A stretch of 61,393 nt of DNA from a virus (Duplodnaviria; Caudoviricetes), in IMG/VR virus record IMGVR_UViG_3300044846_002156, positions 1-61,393 of that record; one strand, given 5' to 3'. The notes beneath the pieces were generated by a model, which saw nothing but the letters and a program-made list of their open reading frames with translations, made no database searches and was not told the DNA's origin. This document shows, in pieces, positions 20,162 to 29,119 of this stretch. Within the stretch, counting starts at the first letter, position 1. Every line of letters begins with the position of its first letter. The position numbers and the translations under genes were made by a program.

Positions 20162-20705
20162 GATGTTTAATTTTGTAATGATTAATTGATTTTCAAATTT
20201 AATTTATTGTTTTGTTAATTACTAATTATAAATATTCTTTTTTAAAATATGCAAATAAGCTGTCTATATCAAACTTTATTCTATATAAATTGCATTGGGT
20301 TACATAAGTGTTTTCGTCTAATTTTACCACGTTATCGGAGTTTATCCAGTCAATAAAATCTTTGTTGTTTTTAGTTATTTTCATTTTCTTTTAATTTAAT
20401 TGTTTATAATTATTTTATTTGCTCTCCTTATAATGATGCTATATAAGCCAACATTAAAACTATCATTAGTAGTAATGTGTAGCTTAATGCTATGAATAGT
20501 AAGTCCACAGCATTAAGTTTTTTGTTTAAAAATTTCTTAATCATTTTGTTTTAATTTGTTAAATAAATCATACATACCACTAACTGAAAAAAAGAATTGA
20601 TATTTATTTTGTCCGTTTTCCTGCCAGTTTACAAAAAAACTAGGCTTGTTATTAGTTGCTCTCCATTGACAAACGCCTTTATTTACTTTTGTTATCATTT
20701 TGTTT

Positions 20706-20921
20706 TTAGTTTTTAATTTTTGTTAAATAGTATGGCTCTGCATCTAATCCGTAATCAAACTCATATCCTATTTTAGTTAATTCATTGTTAATCCTTTCAA
20801 GTTCTTTGTAGCCGCATAATTCGTAATCTCTAGTGTCTAAAATATTTTGTACTTGTTCGGGTATTAATTCGGGGTATAGAAATAAATCATCTATATCATT
20901 TATATTTTGCGTTGTATTCAT
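20706..20921 (-). CDS. Small acidic early protein
   Basis: ATG at 20921 preferred; DLF.YPELIP...GYEFDYGLDAEPY. Confidence 0.65.
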   Translation of the reverse strand: MNTTQNINDIDDLFLYPELIPEQVQNILDTRDYELCGYKELERINNELTKIGYEFDYGLDAEPYYLTKIKN

Positions 20922-20925
20922 GATG

Positions 20926-21120
20926 TTATTTATTTTTAATGTACACTTTGTAAACGTTATTTGTTTTGGATGTTTTAAGGTAGTATCTACCACCTCTGCT
21001 CCCCTCATATAGTTTATACGTAACGGACTTAATAACTGTATCTTTTAATTGTTTTGGTTTATCTTTAGCCGATACTGTAAGGGCTGTTAATAGTAAGATA
21101 AGTGTTAATAGTTTTTTCAT
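20926..21120 (-). CDS. Small secreted basic protein
   Basis: Signal peptide MKKLL..VSA; GSRGGRYY motif. Confidence 0.65.
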   Translation of the reverse strand: MKKLLTLILLLTALTVSAKDKPKQLKDTVIKSVTYKLYEGSRGGRYYLKTSKTNNVYKVYIKNK

Positions 21121-21133
21121 TGCGCTTTTGTTT

Positions 21134-21481
21134 TTAAATTTCTACTTCGTTTAATTCGTATATCTCTAAAGTTGTATTATCAGAATATAATTTATATTTG
21201 CCCTTTTTCCAAAGCTCAATCTCTCCTTTTGAAGCTTCGCTATTTTCTTCGTCAACTAAATTAGAATAATGTAATACATTTTTATATTCATCATCAACTT
21301 GCGCATATTCAAATTCAAAACTTAAATATAATGTATTTTGAAAATATTTACTTATTGCTTCTTTTGCATTATTTCCTGTAATACGTTTTTCATTAGTATA
21401 AAAATTAACGTTTTCAAGTTCTCCTTTGTTGTAGTCATCAACATAAATATCATGTGTTGATTTAATAAAATAAGTTTTCAT
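21134..21481 (-). CDS. Acidic early protein
   Basis: AAAACAAAATG start context. Confidence 0.65.
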   Translation of the reverse strand: MKTYFIKSTHDIYVDDYNKGELENVNFYTNEKRITGNNAKEAISKYFQNTLYLSFEFEYAQVDDEYKNVLHYSNLVDEENSEASKGEIELWKKGKYKLYSDNTTLEIYELNEVEI

Positions 21482-21608
21482 TTTGTTTTTAATTAAGTTT
21501 ATAAATTAGTTGGTTTGCTCACCTATTACAGCCAAAAGGCTAAGGGATAAACAAGTATTGAAACTACAATTACTATAAGAGTAGCTATAATAATATCTTT
21601 GTGTTTTT

Positions 21609-21887
21609 CTATTGTGCGCATAAATCCCATTTATTTAAAGATTTTAATTTTTTAGGCGTTAATTCTAATTGATTAATAATAAACATTGCAAGCCTTTTAT
21701 TAACTATTGGCTTCTCTATATCACTAGAGCCTATCTGCTCAACTATATACGAAGGACTCATGCCCAATACCCTATTGCAAAACTTAACGTCTTGCCCTAA
21801 GTAATAATTATCTGTTTCATTTATTACTAAATTCCAGTCGTGTCCGAAGCCATAAGGGCCAGTTGATATTACAATTTTTGCTTTCAT
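21609..21887 (-). CDS. Hypothetical early protein
   Basis: YLGQDVKFC.RVLGM.P. Confidence 0.65.
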   Translation of the reverse strand: MKAKIVISTGPYGFGHDWNLVINETDNYYLGQDVKFCNRVLGMSPSYIVEQIGSSDIEKPIVNKRLAMFIINQLELTPKKLKSLNKWDLCAQ

Positions 21888-21922
21888 TTTATTTGTTTTT
21901 AAATTATGTTTATATAAATTGA

Positions 21923-22297
21923 TTAAATGTAAATAGTTTCTTTATTTGTATTATTAAAATAAGCTAATTGCTCGTTATCTTTAGCCATTTTAATAGCTTC
22001 CGTTTCTGTATCAACTAAAAAAGATACGTCTAAATATAACAAGCCATTATCTATCCACCCGCCCAAAAATATTTTATCATAATTTTCAGATATGCCCGAT
22101 AGTAATAAAATTGCTTTGCCATTAATAAAGTCGGCTATCTCATAATTAAAACTATTTTTGTCGGTATTATATGTTTTTTCATGCCCCTTAATGCTTACCA
22201 TAAAGCCATGATTAGGGTTAAATTCGCCAGTCAACATATTGTAACTAGCACCGCCATCGTTTATAATACCTTTGTTAAAATTTACTAAATTTGCCAT
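21923..22297 (-). CDS. Early protein, possible SAM-lyase-like fold
   Basis: GF.VS..G.E and GGW.D...YLDVS...A...A..N.Q.A.F pattern; first gene after a TATGAC promoter. Confidence 0.45.
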   Translation of the reverse strand: MANLVNFNKGIINDGGASYNMLTGEFNPNHGFMVSIKGHEKTYNTDKNSFNYEIADFINGKAILLLSGISENYDKIFLGGWIDNGLLYLDVSFLVDTETEAIKMAKDNEQLAYFNNTNKETIYI

Positions 22298-22338
22298 TTT
22301 GTTTTTTGTTTAAATTGTTAATAATTAATTTGATAATG

Positions 22339-22384
22339 CAATAGTAAGGACTATAATTTAATTAATTGTCATAGAATTGTCATA
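22339..22384 (-). promoter_or_regulatory. Early promoter with TATGAC direct repeat
   Basis: TATGACAATTCTATGACAA upstream of TACTATTG; same motif and spacing at 24631..24676. Confidence 0.65.
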
Positions 22385-22391
22385 TTTGTTT

Positions 22392-22595
22392 TTATCTTTC
22401 GTAATGTATTGTTAAGCCTCCATTATTTAAAAATGGTTTAATAGTTTTTAAATTATCTATTCTTTTCTGCATAGCCTCAAAATATTTTCTAATATTTCCA
22501 GCGCCTAAATAATTTAGATTTGAATTAATAATAATCGTAAAGTCAGAGCCTATTAATTGCTTATCGTTTTGGCGAACTGTAATGTAGTGTTTCAT
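22392..22595 (-). CDS. Hypothetical early protein
   Basis: Behind TACTATTG at 22647..22640. Confidence 0.55.
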   Translation of the reverse strand: MKHYITVRQNDKQLIGSDFTIIINSNLNYLGAGNIRKYFEAMQKRIDNLKTIKPFLNNGGLTIHYER

Positions 22596-23269
22596 TGTTT
22601 TAAAGTTTAAATAATTAATAATTGTTTTGTTTTCGTTTACAATAGTACAAAGGTTAATTTAATAACAAAGAATTTATTTTATCTAATGACATTAATATGA
22701 CAAAAGTAGTTAAAATAGGGATGTATATACTCATAAGCTCACCGTATAGTAGTGAAACAGTAAAGAGTAACATAACAGAATAACAAGTAATAATGTATAA
22801 CATAATAAACAACTAAACACTATTAAGCAGTTAAGTAAGTTATAAGGAAATAACTACATAAAAGGTTATAACATATCAACTTAATAAAGTTAAGCCAACA
22901 CAAGGCTTTAAATCAAGCAACAAAGGGAAGGGCAAAGTTATTTAGTCCCGATAAACAATAAATTAAGGTTATTAAAAGAGGTTATTCTAACTTTCTAAAC
23001 ATACATAAATCAACCACTAAAACACCAAAAACCCCCTAAATGACGCATTCCACCGACAAAACAACCAAACCAAAAAACAAAATGTGCTTTTAAAGTGGTT
23101 TAAACGTAGGTAGTAAAACAGGTAAAGCATTAAAAAGGAGTAAGTAAGACAAAACAGCCAATAAAACAGCCAAAATATAGCCTAATTTAAGGGCAAAAAG
23201 TGCCAAAATGAAGCGTTTACACGGGTTTATAGATTAAAAACAATAAACATATTTTAGTTAAATTTGAGT

Positions 23270-23677
23270 ATGAAAGAAATAATTATTAAAGACGGTATTA
23301 AATATTTTAAACCTAAAAAAGGTGGTTTATTAAGGTATCAAAAAAGTATTGAGATGTTTGCTGGTGTTTATTGTTTAACAGACTTATCAAACGGAAAAAA
23401 ATACGTTGGAAGTTCTAAGCACGTTTTAAGAAGAATTAACGGATATAAGAACCTTAATAATAAAAAAGGTGTTATTAGACTAATAAAAGACGTTAATAAT
23501 ATTAAAATGGAAGTTATAGAAAGAATAACAGACGAAAAAATACTACTTGAGCGTGAATTGTTTTGGATAAAAGAATTAAACAGCGTTTATCCTTATGGAT
23601 ATAATAAAAGATGCCCAATAATGCAAAATTATATTAATGATGATTGTTATTCTAATTCTAAAAAGATAAGAAAGTAA
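23270..23677 (+). CDS. Free-standing GIY-YIG homing endonuclease
   Basis: GVY..(10)..YVG, RR, ERE.FWI, GYN; opposite strand to neighbours. Confidence 0.85.
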   Translation: MKEIIIKDGIKYFKPKKGGLLRYQKSIEMFAGVYCLTDLSNGKKYVGSSKHVLRRINGYKNLNNKKGVIRLIKDVNNIKMEVIERITDEKILLERELFWIKELNSVYPYGYNKRCPIMQNYINDDCYSNSKKIRK

Positions 23678-23772
23678 TGTTAATTTATATTATATGCTCA
23701 ACAAATAACAGAATATAAGGCATAAAAAAAGCCTGCAAAATGCAAGCTTTGTAAGGTGTTTGGTCTGTTTAA

Positions 23773-24069
23773 TTAAGAATAAGTATTCAAATAAAAATTA
23801 TTGCTTACATGCTCTGTATGCCCAAATATATTTTGATATATATCTTTGTCAATATCTAAATTAAGCTTGTTGTTTTTAGCGTACAAAGTTTTAATGTCTT
23901 GAATATAATCTTTAATACTTTTATTTATCCTATCAAGTATAAATTCATTAAGTCCGTTAGGATTTTGAACATATATTTTTAAATACTTATCCTTTAATTT
24001 TCTTTGCGATAAATACAGGTCATAAATAAAAGCTATTTCGGTTTCAATTTGTTGTTTACGTGTTGTCAT
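23773..24069 (-). CDS. Hypothetical early protein
   Basis: ORF followed by minus-strand terminator at about 23724..23750. Confidence 0.6.
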   Translation of the reverse strand: MTTRKQQIETEIAFIYDLYLSQRKLKDKYLKIYVQNPNGLNEFILDRINKSIKDYIQDIKTLYAKNNKLNLDIDKDIYQNIFGHTEHVSNNFYLNTYS

Positions 24070-24204
24070 GTGTCTAAGTTTTAAAGTTTATAATTTAATT
24101 AATATTTGTCGGACTTGTTAGCCATATAATCTATAAATACAGCTACCAATATAAGAGCCACAAAGGGCGCAAAGCAAAATGCTAATAGTTCTAGTTGTTG
24201 CATA

Positions 24205-24405
24205 TTATTTTTCTTTTAAAAGTTTATATTTTGTTGGCCACGCCTCAAGAGCCTCAAAACCTCTATCTATAAAGTAATGCCCTAATGTGCTTTTTAATAA
24301 TTGACATTTAACTTTTGATTTATTAAACGCCCTAATGGCCTCAGCCTCGTTATTGAATATATCAATATTTTTGTTGATTGTTTTCATATATATATTAATA
24401 TTCAA
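24205..24405 (-). CDS. Hypothetical early protein (start probably at the second Met)
   Basis: Packed ORF. Confidence 0.55.
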   Translation of the reverse strand: MNINIYMKTINKNIDIFNNEAEAIRAFNKSKVKCQLLKSTLGHYFIDRGFEALEAWPTKYKLLKEK

Positions 24406-24580
24406 AGTTTACAAAAACATCCTTGCCTTTTTTTAGGTATATAAAGTCGCTTATATCATCCCAGTTTTGGCATTCATAGGCTTTATTTGTGCGGCAATAA
24501 CCTTTTACAATAAATACTTTTTTAGCTCCTTCTTTACGTTTAAAAAAGTCGTTTTTCTTTAGTTCATTAATCTTTTTCAT
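24395..24580 (-). CDS. Hypothetical early protein, first gene of the early region
   Basis: LKK.DFFKRK...GYCR..KAYEC. Confidence 0.65.
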   Translation of the reverse strand: MKKINELKKNDFFKRKEGAKKVFIVKGYCRTNKAYECQNWDDISDFIYLKKGKDVFVNFEY

Positions 24581-24630
24581 AATTGCTAATATTTTTAGTA
24601 TTGCGATTTTGCTTCATTGCTATCGCCATA

Positions 24631-24676
24631 CAATAGTAAGAACAATAGTTAAAACATTTGTCATAGAATTGTCATA
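24631..24676 (-). promoter_or_regulatory. Early promoter with TATGAC direct repeat
   Basis: Same motif and spacing as 22339..22384. Confidence 0.65.
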
Positions 24677-25222
24677 AGATAAATTAGCTACATATATATA
24701 AATAAAGCCCTCTAAGCGAAGCGAAAAGAAAAGAGATAATTATATGCAGTTAGTATATGATAAGGCAATACAAGTAAGCTAATGAAGCGACAAATCTTTT
24801 TGTGTATCGTAGCGTAAACAGATAGCTAACAGGCGAGCAAGTGAAACGGAACGTGTAGGGGGGCGGGGTTAGGGAAATCGGGTTATCTTTGAGAGGGGAG
24901 TGGGTTGTTTGGTAGGTATAACCCCCAGTCCATATAACCATACAATATTTTTACCCATCCTATATAACCACAATAAATTATTTAACCCCCGAATTATTAT
25001 TATTTTTGTTACAAATTTTGTAAAGAAGTCTGTTGTTATTCGGATTTGTTATTTGCGAATTATTGTTACGATTATACGAATAAGTGTGATATAATGCACT
25101 AATTTGGTGCATATTTGTTATTATGTTTAAAAATTCGTGTTAATGTGTTATATAATGCACTATACTATGTATTTTTGGATATATGACTTGTTATGGTCTG
25201 TTGGATTATAACGGACTAAACT

Positions 25223-25251
25223 AAAAAAGCCTAGGATTTACCCTAAGCTTT
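25223..25251 (-). terminator. Terminator closing the tRNA transcript
   Basis: AAGCTTAGG/CCTAGGCTT hairpin plus T-run on minus strand. Confidence 0.6.
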
Positions 25252-25252
25252 A

Positions 25253-25386
25253 AATTGTAGACAGGATTCGAACCTGTAACAGGGTCACCAAGTTGTTTTA
25301 TAAGGCTGTGCCACCCCTTACCACCTTCAGTTAATAATAGCGTCTACCACGACTGGGGACACCCCAATCCTTCCGCCACTACAATT
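25253..25386 (-). ncRNA. tRNA-like RNA with D-loop hairpin insertion and non-canonical anticodon arm
   Basis: Perfect acceptor ATTGTAG/CTACAAT, TGGCGGAA..GGTAGACGC D-arm, T-arm ACAGG-TTCGAAT-CCTGT. Confidence 0.7.
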
Positions 25387-25440
25387 ATTTTAAAAAGACC
25401 TATTGGCTGTTCTTATGGTAAGCGTATAGGTACGTTTTAC

Positions 25441-25514
25441 TGGTTACCCAACATAGACTCGAACTATGAATAACAGAATCAAAGTCTGTTGTGTTACCAT
25501 TACACTATTAGGTA
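25441..25514 (-). tRNA. tRNA-Gln(TTG)
   Basis: Cloverleaf, U1-A72, anticodon loop CT-TTG-AT, TTCGAGT T-loop, encoded CCA; TTTG-N20-TATATTTG promoter at 25560..25529. Confidence 0.92.
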
Positions 25515-25565
25515 ATTATTCTATAATCCAAATATACAAATAAGTTGTTAGATTACCAAATTTAA

Positions 25566-25808
25566 TTAAAAAAATTCACTAACTAATTTATCTCTCATTT
25601 CTCTTTGAAAACCCCATATATATTGACAGTAAAATGCTTGTCTTACAAAAGCTATTAATTTCAAATCTTCTTTTACTGGAAGTTTTTTTCTTCTTCTTTT
25701 ATTTAAGTATCTTATATATTTCTCTTTCAATAATTCTTTTGGTATAGATATTTTTATTTTTCTTGAATTATTAAATAACGACGTGCATTCTATTTTTGTA
25801 CTTTTCAT
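25566..25808 (-). CDS. Basic hypothetical protein
   Basis: ORF track. Confidence 0.5.
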   Translation of the reverse strand: MKSTKIECTSLFNNSRKIKISIPKELLKEKYIRYLNKRRRKKLPVKEDLKLIAFVRQAFYCQYIWGFQREMRDKLVSEFF

Positions 25809-25919
25809 ATTATATTAGTTTTAATAATTTCAAAATAACAAGGGGAGCAGATAAGGTAAAACTTCCTTTTATAAGTCTTTATATCATCCCTTAAAAATCT
25901 TTTATCTATGTTTTTCATA

Positions 25920-26144
25920 TTAATCAATATTTATTCCTTCTAAATTTAATAATTCATAAAAATAATCTCTGCATTTTTGATATGCTTCATAAGTATCACT
26001 ACTCATAGTATCTGGTGCGTGTTTAATATTGTACCTTAGCCACCTATCCATTTCCAATAAAACGGACTTCATTTTACCTGCATTGTTTGCAGTTTGAAAC
26101 TCTACATCTTCTTCTGGTAGGTTAAATTCTAATATTGCTTTCAT
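25920..26144 (-). CDS. Conserved small phage protein
   Basis: MKAILEFNLPEE...LR..IK motif common in phages. Confidence 0.7.
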   Translation of the reverse strand: MKAILEFNLPEEDVEFQTANNAGKMKSVLLEMDRWLRYNIKHAPDTMSSDTYEAYQKCRDYFYELLNLEGINID

Positions 26145-26198
26145 TGTTATTTTTCTTTATTTTATGAATAATACTTATTTTGCGTGAAAAACACTTAT

Positions 26199-27116
26199 TT
26201 ATTTGTGTTTATCTAGTAATACTGGAGAGCTTATCCCCTTTTCTAACATTGTCATTGCTGTCTTTATATATCCGTTTGTTCCTTTTGATAAGTATTGGTT
26301 GGAGCGAATGATGTTTTGGAGAGCATACTCTGCATCTGACCTACTTATATATCCAGAGCCTACAAAACCGCCTATTAGGCTTGATGCTGCTACCACTTGA
26401 CCATGACCGTTGTCTGTTATTTTGTTAATGATGTTTGTTATTATGTTTACACACCATTTAGCATCATCTTCTGTTATGTTTTCAATAGGCTTATATTCTG
26501 TTAGTGGTTTAGTGCTAAACTCATTTAACTGCAATCCTTTTTTATCCCATACATTAGCGTTTAATCGGTAGAGCAGTTGTTCGTCATAGGTAAGGTAGTT
26601 AGCTAACACGCAATTCTTAGATGTGAAGTCTATCCCTTGGTAGTACTGGAAGTTATCCATAAGTCCGTAGAAGTAAGCCTTAAACTCATCTATTGTACTA
26701 CAAACAGGTATTCTAGCTATACACTTAATGCCTTTTTTAGATGCAGATAAGAATACAGCAACCATAAAGTCATAAGTTTCAAATAGGTATTGCTTAAATT
26801 CAACAGCAAAATCTTTATCTAGTCCGTCAAAATCTATAACCATTAATCCAGTCCAAGATGTTATATTTTCGTATGTTCTACCATTACCATCGCTATAAAT
26901 ACAAGGAGTAAAATAGTATAACTTACTTTTAAGCCTTGCTTTTTCTTTTAAATCGCCATTTAAGCTCGCTAGTTCAATCTTTTTGAATACAGCCAGTATT
27001 TCTTCCTTTGGATGTTTAATTGCGTTTAAATAGCTTAAAAGCGATATAGAGCCAATAGGTTTAGTCTGTTTGATATTAGCAGGATAATACTGAAAGGTTG
27101 TATCTAAGTAGCTCAC
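26199..27116 (-). CDS. VirE-N/BT4734-like primase-polymerase domain protein
   Basis: K..L.YFTP, GL..IDFD, F.S.S..G.K. Confidence 0.75.
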   Translation of the reverse strand: MSYLDTTFQYYPANIKQTKPIGSISLLSYLNAIKHPKEEILAVFKKIELASLNGDLKEKARLKSKLYYFTPCIYSDGNGRTYENITSWTGLMVIDFDGLDKDFAVEFKQYLFETYDFMVAVFLSASKKGIKCIARIPVCSTIDEFKAYFYGLMDNFQYYQGIDFTSKNCVLANYLTYDEQLLYRLNANVWDKKGLQLNEFSTKPLTEYKPIENITEDDAKWCVNIITNIINKITDNGHGQVVAASSLIGGFVGSGYISRSDAEYALQNIIRSNQYLSKGTNGYIKTAMTMLEKGISSPVLLDKHK

Positions 27117-27358
27117 TATTTTAAGAATGTTTTATCTTTATCTGTTACAACTATAATATCAAACTTATTATTATAATAATTAAATGCCATTTCAAAACAG
27201 CCCCTTATATCCATAAGCAATTTTAATTTATGTAAAAAATCTACTTTATCTAATAAAGGTTTATGTTTTGTGCTATCAAACCTCTCTAAATAGAACTGAT
27301 AAAGTATTTCTTCTCCATTTTGTGCTTCAAAGTGAGCTATATATAATTCTTTTGTCAT
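27116..27358 (-). CDS. Hypothetical protein
   Basis: Coupled to the primase-like gene. Confidence 0.6.
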   Translation of the reverse strand: MTKELYIAHFEAQNGEEILYQFYLERFDSTKHKPLLDKVDFLHKLKLLMDIRGCFEMAFNYYNNKFDIIVVTDKDKTFLK

Positions 27359-27502
27359 TTGATGTGTTTAATTATTGCGTTAGGAGTAATATGCCTCATA
27401 AAGTTTGCTTCTGAATAAGTCATCAATTTAGATGTGTAGTATGGGCTTACTACCTTAAACTTCTTTGCGTCTATTATTATGTGCCAAATATACTTTAACA
27501 TA

Positions 27503-27943
27503 TTACATTAGGTTTTTTTGTATTTTACTTACGTAGTTTTTATCTTCTGCGTACAATGCTAAATATTTTAAGTATTGCCTTTTTGTCTTGTACTTCTTAG
27601 CGTATGTGTCTTGCCATATTTTATAATCTTCAACGGACTTCCTCCACGATGAATAAACAGAATGATTTTTATTTACACCTATTGCTGTTGTTTTTCTTTT
27701 CTCTGGGAAGCGCATACCAAAAATATTCCTATTGCTCTTGAATATACTTGACTTAAAGTTTCCGCTCTCTAATTTAGCTTGTGTTATTACTATTTTTGGG
27801 TGAGCAATCTTTAGTTGTTTAATATAGCTTAACAGCTTTTCTTCTGTTATTATGTCTGGTAGCTGCTTGTATTTGTACTTGTTGTTTTTAATTTGACTAA
27901 CACAAAACAGACTTATTAAAAGTGTTATTGTGGTTATTTTCAT
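27503..27943 (-). CDS. Glucosaminidase (GH73/FlgJ-like) peptidoglycan hydrolase with N-terminal signal/anchor
   Basis: QA.LESG, N.FGM, YAED..Y..KI. Confidence 0.85.
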   Translation of the reverse strand: MKITTITLLISLFCVSQIKNNKYKYKQLPDIITEEKLLSYIKQLKIAHPKIVITQAKLESGNFKSSIFKSNRNIFGMRFPEKRKTTAIGVNKNHSVYSSWRKSVEDYKIWQDTYAKKYKTKRQYLKYLALYAEDKNYVSKIQKNLM

Positions 27944-28149
27944 TTATCGTATGTTTCTTTGTAATACTGCTCTGCTAATTCTGGTAAAAACTCAATGTTG
28001 TCGTATGGTTTTGGCATCCATTGAGCTGCTTTTATAATCTCTTGCTTATGTATTTCTTTAGTTTGTTTATATGCTTCTAACATATCATTGCCTATAAAGT
28101 ATTGCATTCTTTTTAGTTCATTTAATAACCACTCTATTGATGTTTCCAT
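27940..28149 (-). CDS. Conserved small Bacteroidota-phage protein
   Basis: T.IEWL...K..HKQEII.A...AEQYY.ETY. Confidence 0.7.
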   Translation of the reverse strand: METSIEWLLNELKRMQYFIGNDMLEAYKQTKEIHKQEIIKAAQWMPKPYDNIEFLPELAEQYYKETYDK

Positions 28150-28151
28150 AT

Positions 28152-28388
28152 TTATATATTGTTAAACGCATCTTCGTAACTTCCAAAGAAAGCGCAGTTA
28201 ATGTAATCTTTTGCGTTAGGGTTTAGGTTGTCAAAACCATTGTAGTATTCTTCTATTAAACCAATAGACTGGTTCAAGTCAACTATAATATCCTCTTCTG
28301 TTACTATGCCATCATACTTATCGAAAGTTGCGTTTGGCAATTCGTTTTTTATTGCTTGTATTCTGTACATTAAATTTTCCATAAACAA
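28152..28388 (-). CDS. Acidic hypothetical protein
   Basis: Behind TACATTTG promoter at 28393..28386, so start is probably ATG 28382. Confidence 0.55.
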   Translation of the reverse strand: MFMENLMYRIQAIKNELPNATFDKYDGIVTEEDIIVDLNQSIGLIEEYYNGFDNLNPNAKDYINCAFFGSYEDAFNNI

Positions 28389-28491
28389 ATGTAGGAATTA
28401 ATAATTACTTTGCAAGTATTATTTGGTATTTGGAATTAGTCTAAATTATAACTATACCTATACGCCATTAAAACGAGCGTATAGCTATTAG

Positions 28492-28836
28492 TTACAACTC
28501 TCTAGCCTTTTTAAGTATATCTCTATACTTTTCTATCTCTTGTATGAGAGCTTCTGTTGTTTCTAATTCGTGTATCTTTTCAATTATATTTTCAATATAA
28601 CTGCATAAAGACAATTTAAAGTATTTTATTTCTTTTTCCATAATATTATTATTTTTATAAATATGTAACTCTTTGGTTGTAGCAGGTATTCCTATACCAA
28701 CATATCCATCTAAAGTAAAACCAAATAAACACCTATGGTCTGCATCAGTTGTATAAGATGGAATATTTAACTTTTCATTTGGATTTAGGCAAGCAAGAGT
28801 AATATTATCCTCGACATTCATAAGTGTATCTTTCAT
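28492..28836 (-). CDS. Hypothetical protein containing one tail-fibre-like repeat
   Basis: DGYVGIGIP..KELHI. Confidence 0.5.
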   Translation of the reverse strand: MKDTLMNVEDNITLACLNPNEKLNIPSYTTDADHRCLFGFTLDGYVGIGIPATTKELHIYKNNNIMEKEIKYFKLSLCSYIENIIEKIHELETTEALIQEIEKYRDILKKAREL

Positions 28837-28839
28837 ATT

Positions 28840-29067
28840 TTATATTTTGTTTTTAAATTTTTCAATTTCAAAATGATGTTGTAACATATCTGGTTTAATA
28901 TTCCAAAACCAAAGATTATCTTCATTATGATTTTCACTTGCTGTAATAGCTTCTGTCATTACTGATAAATAATAATGTATATTATCATCTATATAACAAT
29001 CGCCCTCCATTGGCTGTGTGTTTGCAGCACATAAAATTTCTCCTGTTTTTCTAATTCTTAAAGACAT
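28840..29067 (-). CDS. Hypothetical protein
   Basis: RIRKTG.ILCAA...GD.YIDD..HY.LS. Confidence 0.65.
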   Translation of the reverse strand: MSLRIRKTGEILCAANTQPMEGDCYIDDNIHYYLSVMTEAITASENHNEDNLWFWNIKPDMLQHHFEIEKFKNKI

Positions 29068-29119
29068 AATTTTTACTAAAATATATATTTCATTTATATT
29101 CCAATCTCAAAGTGCATCT

